Below are positions 42,687 to 54,354 of a DNA stretch of 64,000 nt, piece after piece. A program made the translations under genes and the position numbers. This DNA is from Nitrospirota bacterium. GTDB taxonomy: Bacteria > Nitrospirota > UBA9217. The notes beneath the pieces were generated by a model. The model ran no database searches. It was not told where the DNA came from and saw only the letters and a program-made list of their open reading frames with translations. The stretch lies in assembly GCA_963754875.1 (NCBI GenBank), contig CAVWHO010000021.1:128001-192000 (forward strand), in the 5' to 3' direction. The number at the start of each line of letters is the position of its first letter. The first letter of the stretch is position 1.

Positions 42687-43661
42687 CTATTTGTTAAGCA
42701 GGGCTGCCGCCTCTTTGGCGAAATAGGTGAGGATGATGTCGGCGCCGGCCCGCTTCATGGCGATGAGCGACTCCATCATGACGCGATCACCGTCGATCCA
42801 GCCCATTTTGGCCGCGGCTTTGACCATGGAGAACTCGCCGCTCACGTTGTAGGCGGCAACAGGAAGGTTGAAGTTCTGCTTAACCTGGTAGATGATGTCC
42901 AAGTACGCGAGCGCTGGTTTCACCATCACGATGTCCGCGCCTTCGTCGACGTCCAGGGCAACTTCACGCAGCGCCTCGCGGCTGTTCGGGGCGTCCATCT
43001 GGTACGAACGGCGGTCTCCGAATTGGGGCGTTGACTCTGCTGCTTCACGGAAAGGACCGTAGAAGCTCGATGCGTACTTGGCGGCATAGGCCATGATCGG
43101 CGTATCGTGATACCCTTCGCTGTCGAGCATGTGCCGGATGGCGCCGACCCGGCCGTCCATCATGTCCGAGGGCGCGACCATGTCTGCGCCTGCTTTGGCA
43201 TGGGAGAGCGCTTCCCTGGCCAGAAGTTCGAGCGTGGCATCGTTCTGGACCACACCGTTTTTGATCACGCCGCAGTGGCCGTGGCTGGTGTATTCGCAGA
43301 GACACACATCGGTAATGACGATCAGTTCCGGAAGTTTGTTCTTGATCGCCTTAATGGCGTGCTGGACAATGCCTTCGTCGGAGTAGGCCTCGCTTCCGAC
43401 CTCGTCCTTATGCGCCGGAATGCCGAAGAGAATGACGGCGGGGATGCCGAGCTTCTTGATCTCCTCGCAGTCCTTCACGAGGTTGTCGATGGACTGCTGG
43501 TAGTTGCCGGGCATGGAGCTGATCTCTTTTTTTACGCCCTTGCCGTGGGTCACGAAGAGCGGATAAATGAAATCGTCGGGGGAAAGCTTCGTCTCCCGCA
43601 CCATGCGCCGGATGTTCTCGTTGGCCCTGAGCCGTCTTGGACGATATAAAGGTTGAAACAT
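42687..43661 (-). CDS. hemB: porphobilinogen synthase
   Basis: [38 protein letters not shown]. Confidence 0.97.
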   Translation of the reverse strand: MFQPLYRPRRLRANENIRRMVRETKLSPDDFIYPLFVTHGKGVKKEISSMPGNYQQSIDNLVKDCEEIKKLGIPAVILFGIPAHKDEVGSEAYSDEGIVQHAIKAIKNKLPELIVITDVCLCEYTSHGHCGVIKNGVVQNDATLELLAREALSHAKAGADMVAPSDMMDGRVGAIRHMLDSEGYHDTPIMAYAAKYASSFYGPFREAAESTPQFGDRRSYQMDAPNSREALREVALDVDEGADIVMVKPALAYLDIIYQVKQNFNLPVAAYNVSGEFSMVKAAAKMGWIDGDRVMMESLIAMKRAGADIILTYFAKEAAALLNK

Positions 43662-43727
43662 GAGCTCTCCTGGTTTAATTACGGCTCAGATCGCAACGCA
43701 CAGACTTCTGCGTGGAGCAAAGTATTC

Positions 43728-44116
43728 TTAGCTGCAGCCGCAACCGCCGGAACCGCAGCCACTGCCCGTGACTATCCATGGCTGTGATCCGACTCTTCTC
43801 CACCGCAACCGCAGCTGCCGCCGGCCGGTGCGCCGTTCGGAAAGCCGATAACAAAGCCTTCACCGCGTTCGTCGCTGATGAACCCGAGCTCAGCGCCGTC
43901 AAGAGTCTTGGACGTCGATTCGTCGACAAAGAGCTTGGCGCCGTTCTTTTCAACCACGCTGTCGCCGTCGCCCGTCTTGTCGTCGATCATGATCTCGTAG
44001 GAAGGACCGCAGCATCCGCCGCTGGCTGCCGATACCCGCAAGGCATGATTCGGAACGCCCTCTGCCTTCAATATTTCTTTGATTTTGTCTGCTGCCACAT
44101 CTGAAATGGTAATCAT
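43728..44116 (-). CDS. HesB/IscA/ErpA-family Fe-S carrier; as written stops at 43772, probably extends to 43728
   Basis: ITISDVAADKIKE, GGCCGPSY, GGSCGCG; a further SHGSGCGSGGCGCS*-type segment follows out of frame. Confidence 0.85.
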
Positions 44117-44170
44117 ACTGTCTCCTTTTTTGTACGACGAAGACACGAAGGTGTTTTTGTCGTGAATGCG

Positions 44171-45701
44171 CTACTGCTTCTTAAAAAAATCCGCAAGCTC
44201 ATGAACGAGTGCGGGAATCGTATAATCCTTCGGCATGATGTTTGTCTTCATCCCGTATTCTTCAGCGGTCTTTGCCGTTACGGGCCCTATGCAGGCCACT
44301 GCGACACCGTTTAAGAGTGCTTTATACTCTTTTTGGCCGAGTATTTCAACAAAATTATGGACCGTGGAAGAGCTCGTAAAAGTTATTGCCGCGATCTTTT
44401 TCTCTTCCAGCAGCTTCCTGACCCGGACCACGTCGGATGCCGGTTTTATGTTTTCATAGGCCGTGGCCACCGTGACGTCTGCGCCGAGCTCCCGCAACTT
44501 GTCCGGAATGATTTCCCGGGCAACCTTTGCCCTGGGGATGAGAAATTTGAGGCCTCTGACCTTTACTCCACCGAGCGCGGCGAGAACTCCCTCGGCCTTG
44601 AATTCCGCAGGTATAAGATCGGCCCTAAGACCATAAGACTCCAATGATTCCGAGGTTTTCGGCCCAACCGTACAGATACTCACGCCTTTGAGAATACGCA
44701 GGTCCTTGTTAAGGCTGCGAAGGCGTTCCATGAAGAATTTTACCGCATTCGTGCTCGTGAAAATGAGCCAGTTGAACGTTTCTATTGATTGGATAGCGCT
44801 GTCGAGCTCGTCCCAGCTTGCAGGCGGAACAACGTCAATGGTCGGAAACTCAATGGTCGTTGCGCCGCGGTCGATCAGCATTTCAGCGAACACACTTGCC
44901 TGGTCGCGCGAACGCGTGATAATGATACGCTTGCCGAAGAACGGTTTCGATTCATACCAGTTCAGCTTTTGCCTCAGCCGAACCACTTCTCCGACAACGA
45001 TGATAGCAGGCGGGCCAAGCTTTGCTTCCCTGACCTTGGGAACGATATCTTTCAGTATTCCCGTCACGACCCGCTGGTCCGTTCGCGTACCCCACTGAAT
45101 AAGGGCTATCGGCGTTTCCGGACTTCTGCCGTGAGAAATGAGGTTGTCGACGATATTCTGGAGATTCTTCATGCCCATGAAAAACACGAGCGTCCCAATG
45201 CCGGTCGATATCTTGTCCCAGTGCACTTTTGATTCAGGTTTTGTCGGGTCTTCATGGCCGGTTACAAAAGCCACGCTTGCCGTATGTTCGCGGTGTGTTA
45301 GCGGAATGCCTGCATAGGTGGGCGCCGAAATGGCCGAGGTCACGCCGGGAACCACTTCAAAGGGGATGCCGTTGTCAACCAACTCCTCGGCTTCTTCCCC
45401 ACCGCGGCCGAAGATAAAAGGATCGCCACCTTTTAACCTCGCGACGACCTTTCCTTCCCGGGCTTTTCTGACAATGAGTGCAGTTGATCTGGTCCTGGGG
45501 AAGCGTGTGCCGGCTCCCCTGCTTCCCCACGTAAATGAGTTCTGCCTCGGGACGACGCTGGTCGAGCAGCCGTTCGTTCGCGAGGTAATCGTAAATGATG
45601 ACGTCGGCTTTTTTTACACACTCGAGACCCTTGACTGTGATGAGTCCAGGATCTCCGGGACCGGCGCCGATTAAATATACTTTTCCAATTGTTTGGGCCA
45701 T
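44171..45701 (-). CDS. cobA/hemD: uroporphyrinogen-III C-methyltransferase/uroporphyrinogen-III synthase fusion; frameshift near 45480
   Basis: [28 protein letters not shown]; HemD part [27 protein letters not shown]. Confidence 0.92.
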
Positions 45702-45712
45702 ATGAAATAAGA

Positions 45713-45798
45713 AACCACAGATAGATACAGACAAACACAGGTCGAGAATTAATCAACAATCACTTCTCTATCCGTGTCAATCCGTGAAATCTGTGGTT
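45713..45798. repeat. palindromic array of ~9-10 bp degenerate tandem units
   Basis: AACCACAGAT-AGATACAGAC-AAACACAGG ... ATCCGTGTCA-ATCCGTGAA-ATCTGTGGTT; perfect 10-bp terminal inverted repeat. Confidence 0.65.
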
Positions 45799-45817
45799 AC
45801 AAAATCTTTCCCTGTAA

Positions 45818-46780
45818 TTAATTTTCCAGCAGATTGCTCCCGCTGAAATCGGAATTATTTCCGTACACTTCCCGCAAGATCACATCTGCTCCTTGGGACA
45901 AGAGTTTCTCCGCAAGAGTAACGCCAAGTTTTTCCGCCTTATCCGGGGTCCCTTCAATGCTGTCCTTGATGATCCGTTTTCCGTCCACACTACCGACGAG
46001 ACCGGTGAGATGCAAATTTCCGTTCTTCATCTGGCCGTAGCAGGCGATCGGCACCTGGCAACCGCCCTCAAGCCGCCGCAGAAGCGCGCGTTCGCCCGTG
46101 ACGCAGGTGCGGCTGTCCGCATGGTTGAAAAAAGCGATCAGGTCGTTCAATTCCCGGTCATCTACGCGGCACTCGATGCCGAGGGCTCCCTGCCCGATTG
46201 CCGGCAGGCTGATCTCGGGATCGATAAATTCCGAAACATTGTCCGCGAGACCGAGACGCTTGACGCCGGCTGCGGCAAGAATAATGGCATCATACTGCCC
46301 CTCTTTGAGCTTGCGGAGCCTGGTGTCCACATTCCCGCGAAGCTGATGGATCACAAAATCCGGACGAATGTTCATGAGCTGGGCCTGGCGCCTGAGGCTG
46401 CTGGTGCCTACATTCGCACCCTTGGGCAGGTCTTTAAAAGCGATCTTGTTACGCGTAAGCAACGCGTCCCTGGGATCTTCTCGCTTGGTGATAGCTCCTA
46501 AATGGAGCCCGTCAGGAAAGAACGTGGGTACGTCTTTCATGCTGTGGACGGCAATGTCGATCTCATTCGCCAGCATCGCCTCCTCGATTTCCTTTACGAA
46601 GAGCCCCTTGCCGCCGACCTTTGCCAGCGGGACATCAAGGATTTTGTCTCCCGTTGTCTTTATCTTGGTGAGCGATACAGTCATGCCCGGATATTTTTTT
46701 TCGAGCTCTGACTTCACCCATTCCGCCTGCCAGAGCGCAAGTGCGCTGCTACGGGTGCCGATCCTGATTTCTTTTCGCAA
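45818..46780 (-). CDS. hemC: hydroxymethylbilane synthase
   Basis: IGTRSSALALWQA, GKGLFVKE, VHSMKD, GTSSLRR, LEGGCQVP. Confidence 0.97.
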   Translation of the reverse strand: MRKEIRIGTRSSALALWQAEWVKSELEKKYPGMTVSLTKIKTTGDKILDVPLAKVGGKGLFVKEIEEAMLANEIDIAVHSMKDVPTFFPDGLHLGAITKREDPRDALLTRNKIAFKDLPKGANVGTSSLRRQAQLMNIRPDFVIHQLRGNVDTRLRKLKEGQYDAIILAAAGVKRLGLADNVSEFIDPEISLPAIGQGALGIECRVDDRELNDLIAFFNHADSRTCVTGERALLRRLEGGCQVPIACYGQMKNGNLHLTGLVGSVDGKRIIKDSIEGTPDKAEKLGVTLAEKLLSQGADVILREVYGNNSDFSGSNLLEN

Positions 46781-46889
46781 TGAAGACTCCTAGAGAAGTT
46801 ATTTGGATGCAGATGAAACAGATTACCGCAGATTAAAAACATTGCGCGGTTAATGTAAATTTTATATCCGCAATCCGTAATTGATTAGA

Positions 46890-48260
46890 TCACCGGCACT
46901 CGCTCTTCTTATTGTTGCCCAATATGGTTTCGCTTGTATTTTCGGATGTCCCCTCGTTCATATCGCTTCGATGATGCCCCGGCCGCTTGAGTTCCTTGTC
47001 CAGATTGAAAAGCTTGCGAGCGACCGTGATGGTGTTATCGCTTCCATCCTGCGTTGAAGCTGCCTGCTTAAGAACGACGAGGGGGGCATGGAGCAGCTTG
47101 TTCACGATGGACTGTGACATGATGTCTATTGCCCTTTTCCCGTCCTCACTGATCCCGTTCAGAGAGCCCAGGGTCTTTTCCAGTTCGCGTTTTCTGATGT
47201 CCTCGATCTTTTCACGAAGGTCCACGATGGTCGGCACGGCATCGAGCGCCCGTTCCCATTGGAGATAGGTCTCCACCTCCTGGCTCACGATTTCCTCGGC
47301 CTTTCCCGCTTCCCGCGCCCTTCCTTCCGTATTAACGTCGACCTTGCTCTGCAGGTCGTCGATGTCATAGAGGTACACGTTGTCGACCTTGTCGACGTCA
47401 GGGTCGATGTTTCTCGGGTTCGATATGTCGATCATAAAGATCGGATTGTTGCGGCGTTGTTTGAGGGCCTTGTTGACCATGTCGCGGTTGACGACATAGT
47501 GCGGGGCGCCGGTGGCGCAGATCAGAATGTCCACCATGACGAGGGCGTCGGGGAAATGCTCGAACCGGATGGCGTCGCCCTTGAATTCCTTGGCAAGCTC
47601 TTCCGCGCGTTCGAACGTCCGGTTCGCCACCATAATGTTCTTCACGCCGTTGCCGAGAAGGTGCTGAGCGGCCAGCTCGGCCATCTCGCCCGCACCCAGG
47701 AGCATGACGTTCTTCCCTTCCAGGGTACCGAAAATCTTCTTGGCGAGTTCCACGGCAGCGGAGCTGATAGATACCGCTCCCTCCGCAAGCCGGGTCTCGG
47801 TGCGGACCCGTTTCGCGACGGATATTGCCTTTTTCAACAGTTTGTTCATGATCGTGCTGGTGGTCTTGGTCTTAAGGGCAACGTCGAAGGCGTCTTTCAT
47901 CTGCCCCAGGATCTGCGCTTCTCCCAGGACGAGGGAATCGAGGCTCGAAGCGACACGGAACGTATGGCGCACTCCCTGAGCGTCGGGATAGACATAGAGC
48001 GACTTATCCAGGGCCTCCCGGGACAGGCCGTGATATTCCGATATGAACTGCTTGATTCGTTCGATCCCCGGGGCGCTTTCGATCACTGATGCATAGATCT
48101 CCACCCGGTTGCAGGTGGACACGATCATGCTTTCCTTGACCCCGTCGTAGGTCATGAGCTTTTTGAGCGCACCGGGAAGCGTGTCCTCCGGGAAGTTCAG
48201 CTTCTCGCGGACTTCAATGGGCGCTGTTTTATGACTGAGACCGACTACGACAATTCCCAT
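46890..48260 (-). CDS. hemA: glutamyl-tRNA reductase
   Basis: GLSHKTAP, STCNRVE, GEAQILGQ, GAGEM. Confidence 0.97.
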   Translation of the reverse strand: MGIVVVGLSHKTAPIEVREKLNFPEDTLPGALKKLMTYDGVKESMIVSTCNRVEIYASVIESAPGIERIKQFISEYHGLSREALDKSLYVYPDAQGVRHTFRVASSLDSLVLGEAQILGQMKDAFDVALKTKTTSTIMNKLLKKAISVAKRVRTETRLAEGAVSISSAAVELAKKIFGTLEGKNVMLLGAGEMAELAAQHLLGNGVKNIMVANRTFERAEELAKEFKGDAIRFEHFPDALVMVDILICATGAPHYVVNRDMVNKALKQRRNNPIFMIDISNPRNIDPDVDKVDNVYLYDIDDLQSKVDVNTEGRAREAGKAEEIVSQEVETYLQWERALDAVPTIVDLREKIEDIRKRELEKTLGSLNGISEDGKRAIDIMSQSIVNKLLHAPLVVLKQAASTQDGSDNTITVARKLFNLDKELKRPGHHRSDMNEGTSENTSETILGNNKKSECR

Positions 48261-48272
48261 ACTGATGTCACC

Positions 48273-49085
48273 TTAAAACAAATGCTTTCCGATATTCACG
48301 CGACTCACGACAAAAAAGCTTACGAGAACGAACACAAAACCGGCGATCGAGAGGACAGCCATTTTTCTGCCCCGCCAGCCTATGGTGCGAAGGTGAAGGA
48401 GCACGAGATAGATGACCCAGGTTATGAGGGACCAGGTCTCCTTGGGGTCCCAGCTCCAATAGGAGCCCCAGGCGCTGTTCGCCCAGATAGAACCGGTGAT
48501 CATGCCGAGCGTGAAGAGCGGCCAGCCGAGCGTCAACGCCTTATAGGAGAGCGTGTCCATGATGTCTAGCGAGGGCAGACGGTGGAATATCGCGCCCAGA
48601 TGCTTTGCTTTCAATTGCCGTTCCTGGATAAGATACATGATCGACACAATGCAGGCGAACGCGAAGGCGGCGTCCCCGAGAACGGCTAGGCTCGTATGCA
48701 CTCCCAGCCATCCACTCTTCAACACGGGATTGAGTTCTTTAATTTCACCGGATAAAAGAAATACGGGGATCATGAGAATGACGACGAGAGGCAACATGAA
48801 CGAGCCGAGCGCGGCAATCTTGAAACGGAACTCCATGACCAAAAAAACGAAGATAATACCCATGCCGAGAAAATTGGCGGCTTCAAAAAAACTCGTGATC
48901 GGTATGCGCCCGGCTTCTGACCAGCGCAAAGAAAAATAGACAATATGGAAAAGGAAGCCTGCAAATGTAGCCCACAGGGATGCCGCTCCAGCCCATTTCT
49001 TATCAGGTTTGAAGATATAGGAAATATATCCGGCAGCGGCGAGCAGATAGGCGCCCGTTGCTGCTTGAAAAAAGAGAAGATTCAT
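48273..49085 (-). CDS. ccsA: cytochrome c biogenesis protein CcsA-like heme-handling membrane protein
   Basis: Multi-TM; WLGVH, GSIWANSAWGSYWSWDPKETW, terminal GKH. Confidence 0.88.
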   Translation of the reverse strand: MNLLFFQAATGAYLLAAAGYISYIFKPDKKWAGAASLWATFAGFLFHIVYFSLRWSEAGRIPITSFFEAANFLGMGIIFVFLVMEFRFKIAALGSFMLPLVVILMIPVFLLSGEIKELNPVLKSGWLGVHTSLAVLGDAAFAFACIVSIMYLIQERQLKAKHLGAIFHRLPSLDIMDTLSYKALTLGWPLFTLGMITGSIWANSAWGSYWSWDPKETWSLITWVIYLVLLHLRTIGWRGRKMAVLSIAGFVFVLVSFFVVSRVNIGKHLF

Positions 49086-49241
49086 ACGGTCGTTTCCCCG
49101 GGTAGAGATATGATTTCACTGAGCTTTTTATTTTACTTTTTACAACCTCTGAAAGTCAAGAAAAAACATGATAACCGCATGGTTTGAGCAGCTGGTGCGG
49201 AGCGATCAGGTGGGAAATCGATCGTAAGAGTGAGAACCGAA

Positions 49242-49932
49242 TCAATAATCATGTGCCTGCGCAAGCTTGCCGTCTGCCATCCGGAGCACTCGATCTGCGC
49301 GGATGGCGAGCTTATCATTGTGCGTTACGATAACGAAGGTGATTCCCCTCTGTTTGTTTATGGAAAGCAGGAGGTCATGGATCGCCTCTCCCGTATGCGC
49401 ATCCAGGTTCCCCGTGGGTTCATCTGCCAAAACCACGTCCGGTTTGAGCACAAGCGCCCGAGCAACTGCCACGCGTTGCTGTTCACCGCCCGAAAGCTCG
49501 CCCGGACGGTGGTGCAGCCTGCTACCGAGCCCCACTTCAACCAGAATATTCGCTGCTGTTTCGGCGGCCGCCTTCGTGTCGGCCCTCCTGATAAGTGCCG
49601 GCATCATCACATTCTCGATAGCTGAGAACTCGGGCAGCAGGTGATGGAACTGAAAAATGAAGCCTACCCGCTCGTTTCTGAACCGGGCGAGTTCCGCAGG
49701 CGGCCAGTGAAAAGACGTCCACCTCTCCGTAAAAAACTCTTCCCGACGTCGGCCGATCAAGACCCCCCAGAATGTGGAGAAAGGTACTCTTTCCGACGCC
49801 GGATGCACCCACAATGGCGAGCATTTCCCCTTCGCGGATTTCGAAATCGATCCCATCGAGCACGCGAAGTTCTTGCGGACCGCTCATGAACGTTTTCCGA
49901 AGGTCGTGAATATGAATACGATGCTGTGTTAT
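49242..49932 (-). CDS. lolD: lipoprotein-releasing ABC transporter ATPase; frameshifted, start uncertain
   Basis: GASGVGKST in 49537..49887; [31 protein letters not shown] in 49242..49856. Confidence 0.9.
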
Positions 49933-50172
49933 TTCTTTTCTCCCGGCTTTTCGTCTTCCTTCAGCTTGTTAACGTTCCCGTTTTCTCAATCGTTGTGGCT
50001 TTCTGTTCAATGTCTTTCTTTACTCCTCAGCCTTCTTCCCGCCACCCCGATCTGATTTCCGGCGGATTTCAGCAGATTGTCGCCTCCGAAGAGGACGAAA
50101 ACGAAACAAGAGCGCGAGCAATACCAATAAAAAAAAGAACAGATTTAACTTTGCTCCCCCTTTTGTCGCCAT
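49929..50172 (-). CDS. small (~80 aa) membrane-anchored hypothetical protein; frameshifted
   Basis: Strong SD GAGGAGG before ATG 50172; stitched reading MATKRGSKVKSVL..LLVLLALL..FVLFGGDNLLKSAG...KKDIEQKATTIEK...[12 protein letters not shown]. Confidence 0.55.
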
Positions 50173-50282
50173 ACCTACCTCCTCGTCTTCAGTAGAAGTT
50201 CAGATCACGATATCTTGGTACCAGTGAATGCGAAGGAATTTGATCAACGGTATCGTACATCCAGTCTTCCAGCGTATCTTTT

Positions 50283-51520
50283 TTATTCGTATCTGAGCAC
50301 TTCCACCGGGTCTTGCTTTGCGGCCTGCCATGCCGGGTACAGGGTCGCGAGAAAGCTGATCCCGAGCGCTGTCAGCGATATGAACAAAATATCGTACCCT
50401 GAAGTGACAAGCGGCAGATGGCTGACCTGGTAGACGTCCTTGGGCAACGTGATGACATCTGTTTTTGTAATCACTGTTACCGCGCTATAACCGATGATAA
50501 CGCCGATGTGGTGCCGACAATGCCGATCACAAGTCCGGCGAACATGAATATTTTTACGATACTCAGGGACGAGGAACCCATGGATTTCAGGATCGCGATT
50601 TCCCGGCTTTTTCTCCATGACGATCATCGTAAGCGTGCCGATGATGTTAAATGATGCCACGATAATAATAACAAAAAGAATGAGAGACATGCCGATCTTT
50701 TCAAGCAAGAGGGCAGAAAAAAAATTTTTATTCTGCTCCATCCAGTTACGGGTAATATACGGATACCCGGCGGCTTTTTGAATATCGGACGAAATCGTAT
50801 TTGCCATGGTAGACATCGTCAATACGGACCTGGATCCCGCTGATACGTCCCTTCATGTCGAAAAATTTCTGCGCATCGGGGAGCGCGATATACACGAAGG
50901 TAATATTATAGTCGTACATACCGGCGTCAAAAAGTCCGGCGACGACAAACTTCTTCATTTTCGGAATGAGCCCCATAGGCGTTTCTTCGCCCAGGGGATT
51001 GACCATCGTAACGGTGTCCCCGACCGATACTCCGAGTTTGCGCGCAAGGTCATCACCGATGATGATTCCCGGCAGTTTGCTGTCGCTGTTCTCCAGGTCT
51101 TTCAGCGTCCCGGCAGTCATATTCCTGGCAAGACCGGTGACCTTAGCCTCGGTATCCGGATCGATTCCCCGGACGACCACGCCCTGCATCCGGTCCTGCG
51201 TCGTAAGCATGGATTGGCCGTATATGAAAGGCGTCGTGGCCTAGGACATGCGGCACCTTCTCGACCTTGTTCTGAAGGGTCTGCTGATCTTTCACACCGG
51301 TGCCGGTAAATTCCATGACCACGATATGCGGCATGGCGGAGAGTATCTTGTCTCGGAAATACCCCTGGAAACCCGTCATCACGGCAAGGGTGATAATGGA
51401 TGTCGCAACGCCAATGACGACCCCGGCAATCGAGATGAATGTATTGAGCGAAACGGTGCCGTATCGCTTTTTCGTTCTCAGATAGCGCAGGCTGATGAAT
51501 ATTTCGTAGGGAAGCTTCAT
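50283..51520 (-). CDS. lolC: lipoprotein-releasing ABC transporter permease LolC/E family; several frameshifts
   Basis: ISLRYLR, AVMTGF, VVVRGID, GLFDAGMYDY, IIVASFNI, ATLYPAWQAA...PVEVLRYE. Confidence 0.88.
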
Positions 51521-51575
51521 GCTAATCGGATAAACACGGTAGACTATTCTGCACTACTCGCTTCGAGCATGTATC

Positions 51576-53055
<1,480 letters not shown>

Positions 53056-53193
53056 GCAAATCCCCTTTATGTTTTAAAGTCAACCGCGGCGCGACAAAAA
53101 ATGACCTGCTCTCGTCTTCTCAAAATGATCACGCGGTCTTTCAAATGTGTAATCGTCGAATTTTATTAATAATATTTTTATGATCCGATGCGG

Positions 53194-53223
53194 ATTATAC
53201 TGATTATGGACTGATGCTGTCAA
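53194..53223 (-). promoter_or_regulatory. sigma70 promoter of the lysS-lol operon
   Basis: Perfect hexamers TTGACA-N18-TATAAT about 140 bp upstream of lysS. Confidence 0.7.
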
Positions 53224-53251
53224 GGATAAACGGGACTGCAGAATACTGTGT

Positions 53252-54228
53252 TCAGAACTTCTGACGATAATCGAGGCCGATCATGATGTCAGGCGCCCCG
53301 GACACATCAGGGTCTTCGGTCACCGAAAGGCCAAACGACGATCGGGCGTCCATTTTGTACCTGCCGCCGAAACTCGCCGTCATTGAGGGGTTGTCAACAC
53401 TCACAATACCTGTTTTCGGGAAAGGAGAAGTCTGGATGCTCGTTTGTAAATTAAGAAGCACCTTCGGCGAATATATCCATTCAAAACCTGCTCCGCCGTA
53501 GTAATAGTTTTTGAGTTCGACATGTTCAATTGCCGCCAGTTCATGAATGAGGCCGATACCTGCATTCAGGTACAGCATAAGGTCGCTCCGCAGTTGTTCA
53601 TTCACGAGGGCTGCGATTCCCCCATTGACCCTCCCGCTGCCATAGCTGTTTTCCGGGTCTCCTGTCGGGAGGTTCAGGAATGTCTGAACACTGACCGTTG
53701 ATAGAATCGCTGTCATACAGGTTTTTTTTGGCTTCGAGCATCAGATCCCCGAGAGCGGTCTCGCTGGGTTTTCCATGAATGACCTCTTTGCCGTTATGGG
53801 CTACTTCCAGAAGAAAATCGTTTTGTGGCCGATCTCTTCTTCCGTATGCGTTGGGCATGCCTATCAGGCGGTGGTATGTTTCGATCTCATTATCGAAAAA
53901 GCCACTGCCATACCGGATAACCGGGAGGTCAAAACCTATTTCGAGCCCTTTCCCCACCACCTGTTTGTATTGAATGTCGAGCAGGGCGGTTTCCAGATCG
54001 ATCCCGACATACCAGTTGTTGCTTCCAGCCACGGCATAGGTGCTCGAATAAGACAAGTCGATATTCAGAGAATTTTCCGGTTCTGCTGATACGAGAGGGG
54101 GGCTGTTCAGTGCAGCATAGAGCGGTTGCCCGTTTTTGATGACGAGAGGACCTTCGAAGCTCTCGGCGAAGCGCAGTTGTCGCAATGAACACGAATAGAA
54201 TGACAAGAGAAAGAGTCTTTTTTATCAT
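53252..54228 (-). CDS. putative outer-membrane beta-barrel protein (DUF3187-like); frameshifted
   Basis: Signal peptide MIKKTLSLVILFVF, GPLVIKNGQP, GFFDNEIETYH, LPTGD, terminal YRQKF. Confidence 0.65.
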
Positions 54229-54354
54229 GCAGAATCGATTTGGGTCGAGACATCTGCCGCCTGCATACCCTGTTTTACAGGTAGTTCGAGCAGGCAACTC
54301 GATTTGATCGGATTGAAACCGCTGTCCCCTGTGCAAGCTTCAAAGAGAAACTGC

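Noticed and set aside
44000..44030. Selenocysteine in the HesB-like protein
   Set aside because: The motif is encoded TGC TGC (GGCCG); there is no in-frame TGA.
53056..53190. Lysine riboswitch or T-box in the lysS leader
   Set aside because: The ~130-nt leader lacks the lysine aptamer and T-box consensus; only a weak GACCGCG/CGCGGTT stem.
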